A DNA stretch of 64,000 nucleotides from an uncultured Acidimicrobiales bacterium (GCA_902805655.1 CADCTF010000104.1:38302-102301); one strand, 5' to 3'; positions 16,046-28,154 are shown, numbered from the stretch's first letter. The notes: a model not told the origin generated them from the sequence alone. Numbers and translations: made by a program.

Positions 16046-17815
16046 GTGATCCTCCTCGACCTCGACCGGGTCTCGGCCAGCCGGCCCGGCAAGGCCCTCT
16101 TCACCGACCTGTCCGTGACCGTGTCGAGCGGGGAGCGCCTGGGCGTCGTCGGTCTGAACGGCACGGGGAAGTCCACGCTGCTGAGGGTGATGGCGGGCCT
16201 CGGCCAGCCTGAGTCGGGCACCGTCCGCCGGGGCCGCGACGTTCGCATCGGCTGCCTGGAACAACGACCGGTGCTGCCACCGGGCACCGTGCGGGAGGCA
16301 GTCGGACCGGGGTGGGAGGCGGCGGCCGTGCTCGAGCGGCTCGGCATGGGCCCGCTGGCCGACGCTCACGTGGGCACCTTGTCGGGTGGCCAGGCCAAGC
16401 GGGTGGCGCTCGCCCGTCTGCTCGTGGACGAGAGCGACCTGCTCATCCTCGACGAACCGACCAACCACCTCGACCTCGATGCGATCGCCTGGCTGGAGGA
16501 CCGTCTGGTGAACCACCGGGCTGCGCACGTGGTCGTGACCCACGACCGCCACGTGCTGGATCGCGTCACCACCCGGGTGCCCGAGCTCGATCGGGGCGCG
16601 GGCTACGTGCACGAGGGTGGGTACGCCGCCTACCTCGAGGGGCGGGCCCGCCGGGAGGACGAAGCTGCGAGCACCGAGTCGACCCGCCGCAACCTGGCCG
16701 CCCGCGAGCTCGCCTGGTTGCGCCGGGGTGCTCCTGCCCGCACGCGCAAGCCCAAGGCCCGCATCGCCTCGGCCACCGCGATCGTGGAGGGGCGGGCTCA
16801 GGCCGCCGCTCGCACGGGCGAGCTGCCGATGCACTACGCCACCCCGCGACTGGGCGACAAGGTGGTCGAGCTGCACGGCGTAGGGCACGCCTTCGAGGGT
16901 GGTCGCACGCTGTTCGAGAACCTCGACCTCGACCTCGACCCGCGCGAGCGGCTGGGCCTGGTGGGTGCGAACGGCACCGGCAAGTCGACGCTGCTCGACA
17001 TCGTCGCCGGCCGCACCCAGCCCCGCTCGGGTCGCGTGGAGCACGGTCCGACGGTGCAGCTCGGCTACTACGACCAGACAGGAGCCGACCTCGACCCGGC
17101 CCAGCGGGTGCGTGATGCGGTGGCCGGACCCCATCGAGTCGCCGGCGTCGACGAGACGTTGCTGCTCGAGCGCTTCTGGTTCGAGCGCGACGCTCAGTAC
17201 GCCCCCATCGGCACGTTGTCCGGCGGCGAACGCCGGCGGCTGCAGCTCCTGCTCGTCCTCGCTCAGCGCCCCAACGTGCTCCTTCTCGACGAGCCCACCA
17301 ACGACCTCGATCTCGACACGCTGCGCGCCCTGGAGGACTTCCTCGACGACTGGCCTGGGGCGCTGGTGGTGGTCAGCCACGACCGCGCCTTCCTCGAGCG
17401 CACGGTGGAGGACGCCCTCGTCCTCGACGGTGACGGCCGAGCCGCACGTGCCCCCGGCGGCTATGCCGCGTGGGAGGCGGCGCGCAAGCTGCGCGTGGCC
17501 CGCCCCTCAGCGCCGTCCTCCAAGTCGCGCTCCACCCCGGCCGCCGCCACCCGCGCCGCTCCGGTGCGTCCGCCCCGATCCGGGCCGTCGCCCAGCACCC
17601 TGAAGCGGCAGCTGAAGGCCATCGAGCGGGAGGTCGCCGACCTCGAGCGCCGCAAGGCCGGGCTCCACGAAGACCTGGCGGCGGCGACCGACGACCACGT
17701 CACGCTGCGGCGGCTGGGCACCGAGCTGGCGACGGTGGAGAGGGACCTGACCGATGCGGAGGAGCGCTGGCTGCTGGTGGCCGAGGAGGGCGAGGCGACC
17801 GACCCGAGCAGCTAG
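16046..17815 (+). CDS. ABC-F family ATPase (Uup-like)
   Basis: Two ABC cassettes (GLNGTGKST/LSGGQ/DEPTNHLD; GANGTGKST/LSGGE/DEPTNDLD), ELAWLRRGAPARTRK linker, C-terminal coiled coil, no TM helices. Confidence 0.92.
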   Translation: MILLDLDRVSASRPGKALFTDLSVTVSSGERLGVVGLNGTGKSTLLRVMAGLGQPESGTVRRGRDVRIGCLEQRPVLPPGTVREAVGPGWEAAAVLERLGMGPLADAHVGTLSGGQAKRVALARLLVDESDLLILDEPTNHLDLDAIAWLEDRLVNHRAAHVVVTHDRHVLDRVTTRVPELDRGAGYVHEGGYAAYLEGRARREDEAASTESTRRNLAARELAWLRRGAPARTRKPKARIASATAIVEGRAQAAARTGELPMHYATPRLGDKVVELHGVGHAFEGGRTLFENLDLDLDPRERLGLVGANGTGKSTLLDIVAGRTQPRSGRVEHGPTVQLGYYDQTGADLDPAQRVRDAVAGPHRVAGVDETLLLERFWFERDAQYAPIGTLSGGERRRLQLLLVLAQRPNVLLLDEPTNDLDLDTLRALEDFLDDWPGALVVVSHDRAFLERTVEDALVLDGDGRAARAPGGYAAWEAARKLRVARPSAPSSKSRSTPAAATRAAPVRPPRSGPSPSTLKRQLKAIEREVADLERRKAGLHEDLAAATDDHVTLRRLGTELATVERDLTDAEERWLLVAEEGEATDPSS

Positions 17816-17822
17816 TACGCCG

Positions 17823-18434
17823 TCAGCTGGAGGCGCCCACCCCGGGTGCCCATCGGCGGCGGAACGTACGTTCACGCCGCCGCATGGTGCTCCAGGCCAG
17901 CAACGCAGCGGCGGCGAAGCAGGTGCCCATGATGAGGGCGATGGGACGCACCACCCGCACGGGCAGCCCCTCGCCTCTTCCCACCGCGAGGTTCCGAGCG
18001 GGGATGTTGTTCCAGCCGTTCGAGAAGTCGAACTCGATGCGGAGGGCATACGTCCCGGCCGAAGGTGCATCGAAGGTCCAGATGGCTCGACCCTCGCGGG
18101 CCGTGGTGTTGTACACCCGCTCCTGCTTGGCCGGCTCGAAGGCCACGGGCTGGCCGTCAGGGCCGGTCAGGGTCAGCTTGGAGAACTGCCGGTACTCGCT
18201 CGGCTCGTTGCCCTTCTCGCTCAGCCGGCTCCCTTCGAACCAGATGGTGTGCCGGCCGGGGGCGTCGAGGGTCACGTCGCCCATGCTGGAGAACCGGGTG
18301 CGCTCGAACTCCTTGACGGTGTTGTGGATCTGCACCAGCGCGTACATCCACCAGGCGCCGCCCAGCAGCAGCCCGAGGACGGCGATGGCACCGCTCACCT
18401 TCAGCCACGCCTTGGAGGGCTCCCGCCGTTGCAC
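17823..18434 (-). CDS. Hypothetical membrane protein (two TM helices flanking a soluble domain)
   Basis: N- and C-terminal hydrophobic helices; GTG 18434 just downstream of the previous stop with GAGG upstream. Confidence 0.65.
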   Translation of the reverse strand: MQRREPSKAWLKVSGAIAVLGLLLGGAWWMYALVQIHNTVKEFERTRFSSMGDVTLDAPGRHTIWFEGSRLSEKGNEPSEYRQFSKLTLTGPDGQPVAFEPAKQERVYNTTAREGRAIWTFDAPSAGTYALRIEFDFSNGWNNIPARNLAVGRGEGLPVRVVRPIALIMGTCFAAAALLAWSTMRRRERTFRRRWAPGVGASS

Positions 18435-18438
18435 GACC

Positions 18439-19194
18439 TCACCGTAGAAGGAGGGCCAAGCCGACGGCCACACCCAGGCCCACGATCAGCACTCGCAGCA
18501 CCTTGGGGTCGAGCCGCCGGGTGAGCCTCGCTCCTGCCGTGCCGCCGATGAGGCTCGCCGGTGCGATCACGGCCAGTGCCTCCCACGCCACCGGTCCGAA
18601 GGTCACGAAGGCGACGAGAGCGACTGAGTTGATCATGAGCGACAGCGCGCTCTTCAGCGCGTTGATCCGGTGCAACGCGTCCTGCAGGAACACCCCGAGC
18701 ACGGCCAGCAGGATGACGCCGAGGCCGCCGCCGAAGTACGCGCCGTACGCCGATGCGAGGAACAGCAGTGTAAGCAGGGGCAGTGACCGGTGGTCCGTGG
18801 CCGGCCGCCGCGCCCGGAGCACCTTGGCCAGGCGGGGCTGGGCGGCCAGAAGGGCGGCCGACAGCAGCACGAGCCACGGCACGACCGAGCTGAACACCCG
18901 GTCGGGAAGGGCCAGCAGCAGCACCGAGCCGAGCACGGCCCCGGCCGCCGCCGCGCCGGCGAACCGCCACAGTCGCGAGGCTTGGCCCTCGAGCTCCGGC
19001 CGGAAGGCCAGGGTGCCACCGACATAGCCGGGCCAGATGGCGACCGTGTTGGTGACGTTGGCGGTGAGCGCCGGATAGCCCACGGCCAAGAGGGCCGGGA
19101 ACGAGATGAGCGACCCACCGCCCGCCACCGCGTTCACCGCCCCGGCGAGGAAGCCGGCGACGAACAGCAGCAGCGCTTCGGGCGGGCTCGACAC
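18439..19194 (-). CDS. TauE/SafE (TSUP) family membrane protein
   Basis: AGAVNAVAGGGSLISFP, ANVTN, YGAYFGGGLG, NALK. Confidence 0.9.
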   Translation of the reverse strand: MSSPPEALLLFVAGFLAGAVNAVAGGGSLISFPALLAVGYPALTANVTNTVAIWPGYVGGTLAFRPELEGQASRLWRFAGAAAAGAVLGSVLLLALPDRVFSSVVPWLVLLSAALLAAQPRLAKVLRARRPATDHRSLPLLTLLFLASAYGAYFGGGLGVILLAVLGVFLQDALHRINALKSALSLMINSVALVAFVTFGPVAWEALAVIAPASLIGGTAGARLTRRLDPKVLRVLIVGLGVAVGLALLLR

Positions 19195-19228
19195 GGGCTG
19201 GGGAGCGTAGAGCCGCCCAGCCGCAAGC

Positions 19229-20761
<1,533 letters not shown>

Positions 20762-20804
20762 TCACAGAACGTAGTGGGAGCGCCACACCACCTACGCTGG
20801 AGCG

Positions 20805-22211
20805 GTGGCATTGCGTCGAGCCCTCCTCCTTGCGCTCCTGACGCTGTGCGGGTGTGCTGCCGTCACCGGTCTCGAGGTGCGCCCGGCGTTCGCCGCCACT
20901 TCGCCGGCCGGGCGGCCGACCATGGCCCCGAGCGGTACGGCCGGCGACCACGGGTCCACCGCCGGCCTTCCACTCGCGTCCGCGCTGGTGGACATCGCCG
21001 CCACGAGCACCGGTCGGGGTTACTGGTTGCTGGCCGGTGACGGCGGCGTGTTCACCTTCGGGGACGCGACCTACCACGGCTCGACCGGTGATCTCGCGCT
21101 CGTCTCACCGGCTCGGGCCATGGCGGCCACGAGGTCGGGGCAGGGCTACTGGTTCGCAGCCGGCGACGGGGGCGTGTTCACGTTCGGTGATGCCGGCTAC
21201 CACGGTTCGGCCGCCGAGCTCGCGCTGAACAAGCCGGTGGTGGGCATCCTGCCCACCGAGACGGGTGGCGGTTACTGGCTCGTGGCTTCGGACGGGGGCG
21301 TGTTCACCTTCGGCGACGCCGGCTTCGTGGGGTCTCTGGGAGGCCAGGCCATACCCGACCCCATCGTCGGGCTCGCTCCTCGACCGGGGGGCGGGTACCG
21401 ACTCGTCGACCGGGTCGGGCGGGTGTACGCCTTCGGCGCCAGCTACCTCGGCGGGATGCAGGGTGCCTGTCGTGGCGAGGTGACCGACATCGCGTCGAGC
21501 CCCTCGGGCGAGGGCTACTGGCTGCTGTGCTCCACCGGTGACGTCCGAGCCCGGGGAGACGCGCCGGACCTGCGGCCGCGCCTGCAGCTCAGTGCCGGCC
21601 AGCGTGCCGTGGGTCTGGCCACCACACCGGACGGGCAGGGCCTCTGGGCGATGGGCTCCGGTGTGGCGCTGGCACACGTCGACGAGACGATCAGCGGCCC
21701 GCACGCCTTCCTCGCCGTCTCCGGCGGTGCGCCTGTGAGGTGGAGCCCGTGCCTCCCCCTGTCGTGGGCACTGGCCGACGACAGCCCCGACGGGGCCGAA
21801 CAGCTGGTCGGGGAGGCGTTCGACTACCTCGCCGGGCGGACGGGGTTGCGGTTCGTGTTCGGTGGTCGGATGCCGGCGGCTGCCCCGATGCCGGTCGGCA
21901 CCATCCGCGTGGGCTGGACCGACCTCGCACCAACGCAGCTCGGCATGGCCACGTCGCGGGCGCACCTGACGCCGTGGGGCCCGCGCATGAGGTCGAGTGA
22001 CATCGCCCTCGCCCGTGACACCGGGTTGGCGCTCGACTACTCGACGTCCGGGGTGGGCCCGGTGCTGCTCCATGAGCTGGGCCACGCCCTCGGCCTCGAC
22101 CACGTGGACGACCCGTCTCAGCTGATGTACACCGCCCGCAGCGGCCCGACCGACTTCAACGCCGGCGATCGCGCCGGCCTACGACAGCTGTCCGCCTTCA
22201 ACGGCTGCTGA
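20805..22211 (+). CDS. Secreted matrixin-like (M10/metzincin) metalloprotease with GYWL repeats
   Basis: Signal peptide; GYWLLAGDGGVFTFGDA-type repeats; HELGHALGLDH (HExxHxxGxxH) and LMY Met-turn. Confidence 0.85.
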   Translation: MALRRALLLALLTLCGCAAVTGLEVRPAFAATSPAGRPTMAPSGTAGDHGSTAGLPLASALVDIAATSTGRGYWLLAGDGGVFTFGDATYHGSTGDLALVSPARAMAATRSGQGYWFAAGDGGVFTFGDAGYHGSAAELALNKPVVGILPTETGGGYWLVASDGGVFTFGDAGFVGSLGGQAIPDPIVGLAPRPGGGYRLVDRVGRVYAFGASYLGGMQGACRGEVTDIASSPSGEGYWLLCSTGDVRARGDAPDLRPRLQLSAGQRAVGLATTPDGQGLWAMGSGVALAHVDETISGPHAFLAVSGGAPVRWSPCLPLSWALADDSPDGAEQLVGEAFDYLAGRTGLRFVFGGRMPAAAPMPVGTIRVGWTDLAPTQLGMATSRAHLTPWGPRMRSSDIALARDTGLALDYSTSGVGPVLLHELGHALGLDHVDDPSQLMYTARSGPTDFNAGDRAGLRQLSAFNGC

Positions 22212-22286
22212 TCAGTGAGGGCGGAGCGCCCCAACATCCCGCCAACAACGGTGCAACCGCACCGGCTTCGTGCCGACACGCTTCAC

Positions 22287-25130
22287 ATGTCAGCCACGGC
22301 GAAGGTGCAGCGCTCCGTGCGCGAAGTGTCGCGCGAAGTACCGGAGATGTTGCTCAAGTACCTGACGCACGCCCTGGACCCTGCCGGGCTCGTGCAGCTG
22401 GCGGACATGTTGGAGATTCCCTGCGAGGGGATGGAGCGGTCACCCCGCTGGGAGCGGTTCGACGATGTCGTGAGGCTGTTCGAGGCGGCCAGCGTGCTGA
22501 CGGGAGACCTGCAGCTCGGTCGGCGCTCGGGCGAGGAGTGCTTCTGGGACGGGACGGAGAGCAGCATCGAGGTGTTGCTGAGCATCCCGTCGGTCGGCCT
22601 CGCCGTGAAGGGCCTGGTCGAGTACGGCACCCGCATCGCGCCGACGCGTCCCCTGAAGATCACCAGCTACGGCGATGACCACTGCGTCATCTCGGCCACG
22701 TACCTCACCCCTGCCTTCGGCCACAAGGTGTTCTGTGACTTCACTGCCGGCTACTACACGCAGCTGCCACTGATCTTCGGGAAGCTGGCATCGGTCGTGG
22801 AGACGCGGTGCCAGCTCGATGGTGCTCCCTCCTGCCTCTACCGGGTCGCCTGGCGCCCTGATCCGTCGATGCGTCGTGACGTGCCCGACCCGGCCGAGGG
22901 TCCGGCACGCGCCGCAGAGGAGATCCGGCGATTCGAGGCCTTGCAGGAGATGGCGTCGTCGTTCGTCGAAGCACGGGACGTCAGCGAGGTGCTGCAACGC
23001 ATCCTCGACCAGGTGAGCACGGCGCTGCTGGCGCCCCGCTACCTGCTCGTGACCCAGCTGGACGACAGGCAGCCGCGGCAGGTCCACAGCTACGGGTTCA
23101 GCGAGGATCGGGCCGAGGCCTACGCCGACCGGATCCTGGCCGGAGAGCTGAGCGAGGCGGACGGCGTGCTCGACGTCGAGATCGGTTCGGAGGGCAAGGT
23201 GCTCGGTCACCTGGTTGCCTTCTTCACCACCCACGGCACCATCCACGAGCGTGACCGGCGGGTGCTCAAGGCGTATGCCCGCCACGCCACGGCGGCCCTC
23301 GAGGTGATCGCTTCCCTCGACGGCGCCCGACGGGACCGCGACCTGGCCAAGGCCCTGCTCCACCTGGCGCGCGACCTGGCCGAGGTGGGGACGTCAGAAG
23401 ACATCTGTGCGCGTCTCGTGCGCGCCGTGCCGGCCGTGACCGGCGCCGAGATGGGCACCGTCTGGCGAATCAGCGAGTCCGGCGACCAGCTCGTGCTGGC
23501 CGGCTCGGTGGTCACGACGTCGAGCGACCGGCCCCTGCCCGACCGCATCGACATGTCGGAGATGCCGCGGCTCAAGCGGGCGATCGAGCGCCCGAAGGCG
23601 ATCTTCCTCGACGCGTCCAAGGTCCCCGCCTCGCTGGCTGCCGCCTTCCGGGAGCGCAACGTCGCCGCCGCCGTCCCGATCGTCAGCAAAGGAACGCTCT
23701 TCGGCATCGTCACCGCCGGCTTCCGGTCCGATCCGTCGGAGGCCGAGCGGGTGGACATCCTCGAGCGCCTCACCGGGCTGGCCGACCACGCCGCCACCGC
23801 CCTCGAGAACGCCCAGCTGCTCGAACGGATGCAGCACGAGACGCTGCACGACCGCCTGACCGGCCTGGCCAACCGCCCGTTGGTGGAGGACCGCAGCAAG
23901 CTCGCCTTCGCCATGGCCGCCCGGTCGGGAAAGTCCGTCGGGCTGCTGTTCGTCGACCTCGACCGCTTCAAGATCGTCAACGACACCCTCGGCCACAGCG
24001 CCGGCGACGACCTCATCTGCCAGGTGGCGGACCGGATGGTGGACTGCATGCGCACCACCGACACGCTGGCCCGGCTGGGCGGTGACGAGTTCGTCGTCCT
24101 CCTGCCCGAGATCAGCGGTGTGGACATCGCCGTGGAGGTGGCCGACCGGCTGATCCGGGCCCTCGATAGGCCCTTCATGGTGCTGGGCCACGAGCTCTTC
24201 ATCTCCTGCAGCGTCGGCGTGGCGTGCTCCCCCGGTGACGGGCTCGACTACCAGACGCTGATGCTGCACGCCGACGGAGCCATGTACGCGGCCAAGGCCA
24301 ACGGCCGCAACGCGTTCGCAGTGCAGGCGCCGAGTGTTCAGGAGCCACGCCGCCAGCAGCTCGACCTCGAGAGCCAGCTGCACAAGGCGGTCGAGAACGA
24401 CGAGCTGCGGGTCCTCTACCAGCCCCAGATCGACCTCACCACCATGCGGATGGTCGGCGTCGAGGCCCTGGTGCGCTGGCAGCACCCCACGCTGGGAATG
24501 CTCGCGCCGGACAAGTTCCTGCCTCTCGCCGAGGAGAGCGGCATGATCGTGCCGATCGACGCATGGGTGCGCCGCACCGCCTTCCGGCAGGCTGCCGCCT
24601 GGAGCGCCGCCGGCAACCCGTTGCGGGTGGCTGTGAACCTGTCGACGCGGGACCTGGCCAACCCGGACCTCCCCGAGCTCGTGCGCCGAGAGATGGCCCA
24701 TGCGGAGGTGTCACCGAGCCTGGTCGAGCTGGAGATCACCGATCGGGCGGTGCTGTCCGAAGAAGATCTTCCGATCGTCATCGACAGCCTCCATGCCCTC
24801 GGCGTTCGCCTGGCGATCGACGACTTCGGTACCGGGACCTCGGTGCTCGGTCGCCTCCACAGCTCCCCGGTGGACACCCTCAAGATCGACCGGAGCTTCG
24901 TGCGGGCCATGGCCGAGGACGCTCCGGAGGCGCCGCTGGTGCGAGCCATCATCACGCTGGCCCACAGCCTGAACCTCGACGTCGTGGCCGAGGGCGTGGA
25001 GACGATCGCCCAGGGTCGGGTGCTCCGCCGCTACGGCTGTGAGATGGCGCAGGGCTTCCTGTTCAGCCGGCCGGTGTCGCCGGACCAGATCGACGTCCTC
25101 TGCGAGGACCTGCCGCAGCTACCCGCCTGA
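22287..25130 (+). CDS. c-di-GMP signalling protein: V4R-like + 2 GAF + GGDEF + EAL
   Basis: FCDFTAG...ETRCQLDGAPSCLY; HDRLTGLANR; DLDRFKIVND; RLGGDEF; EAL; DDFGTG; AEGVE. Confidence 0.9.
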   Translation: MSATAKVQRSVREVSREVPEMLLKYLTHALDPAGLVQLADMLEIPCEGMERSPRWERFDDVVRLFEAASVLTGDLQLGRRSGEECFWDGTESSIEVLLSIPSVGLAVKGLVEYGTRIAPTRPLKITSYGDDHCVISATYLTPAFGHKVFCDFTAGYYTQLPLIFGKLASVVETRCQLDGAPSCLYRVAWRPDPSMRRDVPDPAEGPARAAEEIRRFEALQEMASSFVEARDVSEVLQRILDQVSTALLAPRYLLVTQLDDRQPRQVHSYGFSEDRAEAYADRILAGELSEADGVLDVEIGSEGKVLGHLVAFFTTHGTIHERDRRVLKAYARHATAALEVIASLDGARRDRDLAKALLHLARDLAEVGTSEDICARLVRAVPAVTGAEMGTVWRISESGDQLVLAGSVVTTSSDRPLPDRIDMSEMPRLKRAIERPKAIFLDASKVPASLAAAFRERNVAAAVPIVSKGTLFGIVTAGFRSDPSEAERVDILERLTGLADHAATALENAQLLERMQHETLHDRLTGLANRPLVEDRSKLAFAMAARSGKSVGLLFVDLDRFKIVNDTLGHSAGDDLICQVADRMVDCMRTTDTLARLGGDEFVVLLPEISGVDIAVEVADRLIRALDRPFMVLGHELFISCSVGVACSPGDGLDYQTLMLHADGAMYAAKANGRNAFAVQAPSVQEPRRQQLDLESQLHKAVENDELRVLYQPQIDLTTMRMVGVEALVRWQHPTLGMLAPDKFLPLAEESGMIVPIDAWVRRTAFRQAAAWSAAGNPLRVAVNLSTRDLANPDLPELVRREMAHAEVSPSLVELEITDRAVLSEEDLPIVIDSLHALGVRLAIDDFGTGTSVLGRLHSSPVDTLKIDRSFVRAMAEDAPEAPLVRAIITLAHSLNLDVVAEGVETIAQGRVLRRYGCEMAQGFLFSRPVSPDQIDVLCEDLPQLPA

Positions 25131-26396
25131 TCGCGCCGGGTCCGCATCGGCGCTCGCATCGGCGCCCGCCGTGGTCTGGCGCCGGTTCGCCAGCGCAGGT
25201 CGCACGGCCAGCACCGCGGTCACCACCGTGGCCACGCCCCCGAGCGCGAAGCCGGCTCGGGCCCCGAAGTCCTCCGCCACCCATCCCACGATGGGCCCGC
25301 CGATCGGCGTGCTGCCCATGAAGACGACCGTGTACAACGCCATGACACGGCCCCGCATCTGCGGCTCGCTCCCCACCTGCAGGCTGGCCTGGGTCGTCGA
25401 CGTGTACGCGCTCGATGCCGCACCCACGGCCATGAGAGCCAGGTACTCGAGCAGCAGGTTCGGTGCGACGGCCGCACCCACCAGGGCGAGGCCGAGCCCG
25501 AGCGCCGAGACCAACAGGAAGCGGGTGGTGGCCGCGAGCCGGCTGGCGGTGAAGAGCGCGCCCGCGAGCGATCCCACGCTCATCACCGAGTAGAGGGTGC
25601 CGAACAGGCCGGGGCCGCCGTCGAACTCCTCGGCGATGAGGGGCAGCACCACGCGGAAGTTGTAGGCGAGTGTGCCGATCACGGCCATCATCACGAGCGG
25701 CAGCCGGATCTCCGGGGCGGACCATGCGTACCGGAAGCCCTCCATCACCTGGCCCTTGGCCTTCTTCACCAGCTCGGTGCGGTGCAGCTCTTCCGTGCGC
25801 ATCATCAGGAGGGCGATGATCACGGCGACGAACGACGCGCCGTTGATGAAGAAGCACGGCGCCACGCCGAAGGCGTTGATCAGCAAGCCGGCGATCGAGG
25901 GCCCGATGATGCGGGCCGAGGTGAGCATGGCGCTGTTGAGGCTGATGGCGTTGGCCACGTCGTCCGGGCCGGCCATCTCGCTCACGAAGGTGCGCCGGGC
26001 CGGATTGTCCAGCGCGTTCACCACCCCGAGCAACAGGGCGAAGGCGTAGACCATCCACAGCTCGGCCACGCCGAGGGCCACCACCGCGCCAAGGGCCCCG
26101 GCCAGCACGCCCTTGACCGCCTGGGTGATCACGAGCAGCCGGCGCTTGTCGAAGCGGTCGGCCACCACGCCGCCCCATGCGCCCCCGAGCAGCACCGGCA
26201 GCGACTGGAGCGCGGTGGTGATCCCGAGGGCGGTGCCGCTGCCGGTCAGCTCGTAGACCAGCCACAGCTGGGCCACCGACTGCATCCACATCCCGCTGGC
26301 CGACACCGCCTGACCGATGAAGTACAGCCGGACGTTGCGGAGTCGGAGGGAGCGGAAGGTGCGCCAGAAGTAGGTGCGGGTTCGGGACACGGCCAA
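25119..26396 (-). CDS. MFS transporter
   Basis: GQAVSASGMWMQ, GVVADRFDKRR, DNPARR, RGRVMALY; about 12 TM helices. Confidence 0.9.
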   Translation of the reverse strand: MAVSRTRTYFWRTFRSLRLRNVRLYFIGQAVSASGMWMQSVAQLWLVYELTGSGTALGITTALQSLPVLLGGAWGGVVADRFDKRRLLVITQAVKGVLAGALGAVVALGVAELWMVYAFALLLGVVNALDNPARRTFVSEMAGPDDVANAISLNSAMLTSARIIGPSIAGLLINAFGVAPCFFINGASFVAVIIALLMMRTEELHRTELVKKAKGQVMEGFRYAWSAPEIRLPLVMMAVIGTLAYNFRVVLPLIAEEFDGGPGLFGTLYSVMSVGSLAGALFTASRLAATTRFLLVSALGLGLALVGAAVAPNLLLEYLALMAVGAASSAYTSTTQASLQVGSEPQMRGRVMALYTVVFMGSTPIGGPIVGWVAEDFGARAGFALGGVATVVTAVLAVRPALANRRQTTAGADASADADPARSGG

Positions 26397-26504
26397 GCGG
26401 ATGCTAACGGTGCTGCGCCACCCCGCATGAGCTCGGAGCGTGCCCCCACCCGGTCACTCCCGTGTCCCATCGGGCCTGCGGGGCACGCGAGGATGGCAGG
26501 CCCC

Positions 26505-28154
26505 ATGGTCCGCTCCGTGCGCCTCCGGCGCTGGCAGAAGGAGGCGCTCGACCTCTTCGCCGAGCAGGAGTCGCCCGACTTCCTGGCCGTGGCCACGCCT
26601 GGCGCCGGCAAGACGACGCTCGCCCTGGCCGCCGTGATCCGTCACCTCGCCGCCCAGCCGTCCCACCGGGTCGTGGTGGTGGCGCCCACCAGCCACCTGA
26701 AGCTGCAGTGGGCGCGTGCCGCGGCCCGGCTGGGGGTGCACTTGGAGCCGGCGTGGTCGTCGTCGGCCGGCCGTCTCCCGGGCGACATGCACGGCGTGGT
26801 CGTGACCTACCAGCAGGTGGCGGCGAACCCCGAGGCGCTCCGGCTCCATGCCGCCCGCTGCATCGTGGTGCTCGACGAGCTCCATCACACCGGTGACGAG
26901 CGGGCCTGGGGCACAGCCGTGCGGCGGGCCTTCGAACAGGCGCCGAGGCGGCTCTCGCTGTCCGGCACGCCGTTCCGCAGCGACACCCACGCCATCCCCT
27001 TCGTGCGCTACGAGCTGGACGAGGCCCAACCGGACTTCGACTACGGGTACGAGGCCGCGCTGGCGGACCGCAAGGTGGTGCGACCCGTCTACTTCCCGAG
27101 CGTGGGGGGGTTCATGGAGTGGACGGCGCCCGACGGGACGACCAACGCGGCCAGCTTCGACGACGCCCTCGACCCCCAGGGCTCGGCCCAGCGGCTGCGC
27201 ACCGCCCTCAGCCTCGAGGGCGACTGGTTGCCCACCGTGCTGGCCAGGGCCCACGAACGCCTCACGGAGCTGCGGGTCGATCAACCCGACGCCGCCGGGC
27301 TCGTGATCGCGGCCGATCAGGAGCATGCCAAGGGCATCGCCCGCCTCCTCTACCAGCGGCATCGTGCGTCGGCGACGGTCGCGACCTCCGACGACCCGTC
27401 GGCGTCATCCCGCATCGCGGCGTTCGCCGAGAGCTCGGCACCCTGGCTGGTGGCGGTGCGCATGGTGTCCGAGGGCGTCGACATCCCTCGGCTGCGGCTC
27501 GGCGTGTTCGCCACGACCACCACCACCGAGCTGTTCTTCCGACAGGCGGTGGGACGGTTCGTGCGGCACACCGGTGGGTCGGCGCGCCAGGAGCGGGCGT
27601 GGTTGTTCATCCCTGACGACGCCCGCCTGCGCCGCTGGGCGGCCACGATCGCCGAGCAGCGTCGCCACAGCCTGCGCCGTGACCGGGAGGAAGACGGGTT
27701 CGAGCGGCCCGACGACCCCGTGGCCCTCGACGAGCCGCCCGAGGACGAGCCCGCGCAGCTGTCGCTCTTCCAGGTGCTCTCGGCCGAGGTGGTCGACGAG
27801 GAAGGCGCACCTTCGGTGTTCGACGACGATCCCGACGCCGACCACCTCGACGCCCACGAGGGTGACTCGGGGGTGCCGGTCGACCTCCCCGCGCCGCCTC
27901 CGCCCGGTTCCGGTCGGTTCTCCGAGGGTCTGCCCCCCGGGCTGGCCGGCCGACCGCTGTCAGAGGTGAAGGCCGAGCTCCGTGCCGTCAACGCCGAGCT
28001 GGCCAAGGACCTCACCCGCTTCACCGGCCTGTCGCACCGCGAGGTGAACGGGAGGCTGAACCGGATGGCCTCGGTCGAGCGGATCGCCGACGCAACCCTC
28101 GAGCAGCTGCGCCGGCGGGCCGACGCCGCCGAACGTTGGATCGCGGGGCTCTGA
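26505..28154 (+). CDS. Superfamily II DEAD/DEAH-box helicase
   Basis: LRRWQ, ATPGAGKT, DELHH, SGTPFRSD, MVSEGVDIPRL, QAVGRFVR; acidic linker and C-terminal helical domain. Confidence 0.9.
   Translation: MVRSVRLRRWQKEALDLFAEQESPDFLAVATPGAGKTTLALAAVIRHLAAQPSHRVVVVAPTSHLKLQWARAAARLGVHLEPAWSSSAGRLPGDMHGVVVTYQQVAANPEALRLHAARCIVVLDELHHTGDERAWGTAVRRAFEQAPRRLSLSGTPFRSDTHAIPFVRYELDEAQPDFDYGYEAALADRKVVRPVYFPSVGGFMEWTAPDGTTNAASFDDALDPQGSAQRLRTALSLEGDWLPTVLARAHERLTELRVDQPDAAGLVIAADQEHAKGIARLLYQRHRASATVATSDDPSASSRIAAFAESSAPWLVAVRMVSEGVDIPRLRLGVFATTTTTELFFRQAVGRFVRHTGGSARQERAWLFIPDDARLRRWAATIAEQRRHSLRRDREEDGFERPDDPVALDEPPEDEPAQLSLFQVLSAEVVDEEGAPSVFDDDPDADHLDAHEGDSGVPVDLPAPPPPGSGRFSEGLPPGLAGRPLSEVKAELRAVNAELAKDLTRFTGLSHREVNGRLNRMASVERIADATLEQLRRRADAAERWIAGL

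Noticed and set aside
26505-28154. Helicase as part of an anti-phage or restriction system
   Set aside because: No methylase, nuclease or other defence gene is adjacent; it resembles a widespread stand-alone actinobacterial SF2 helicase
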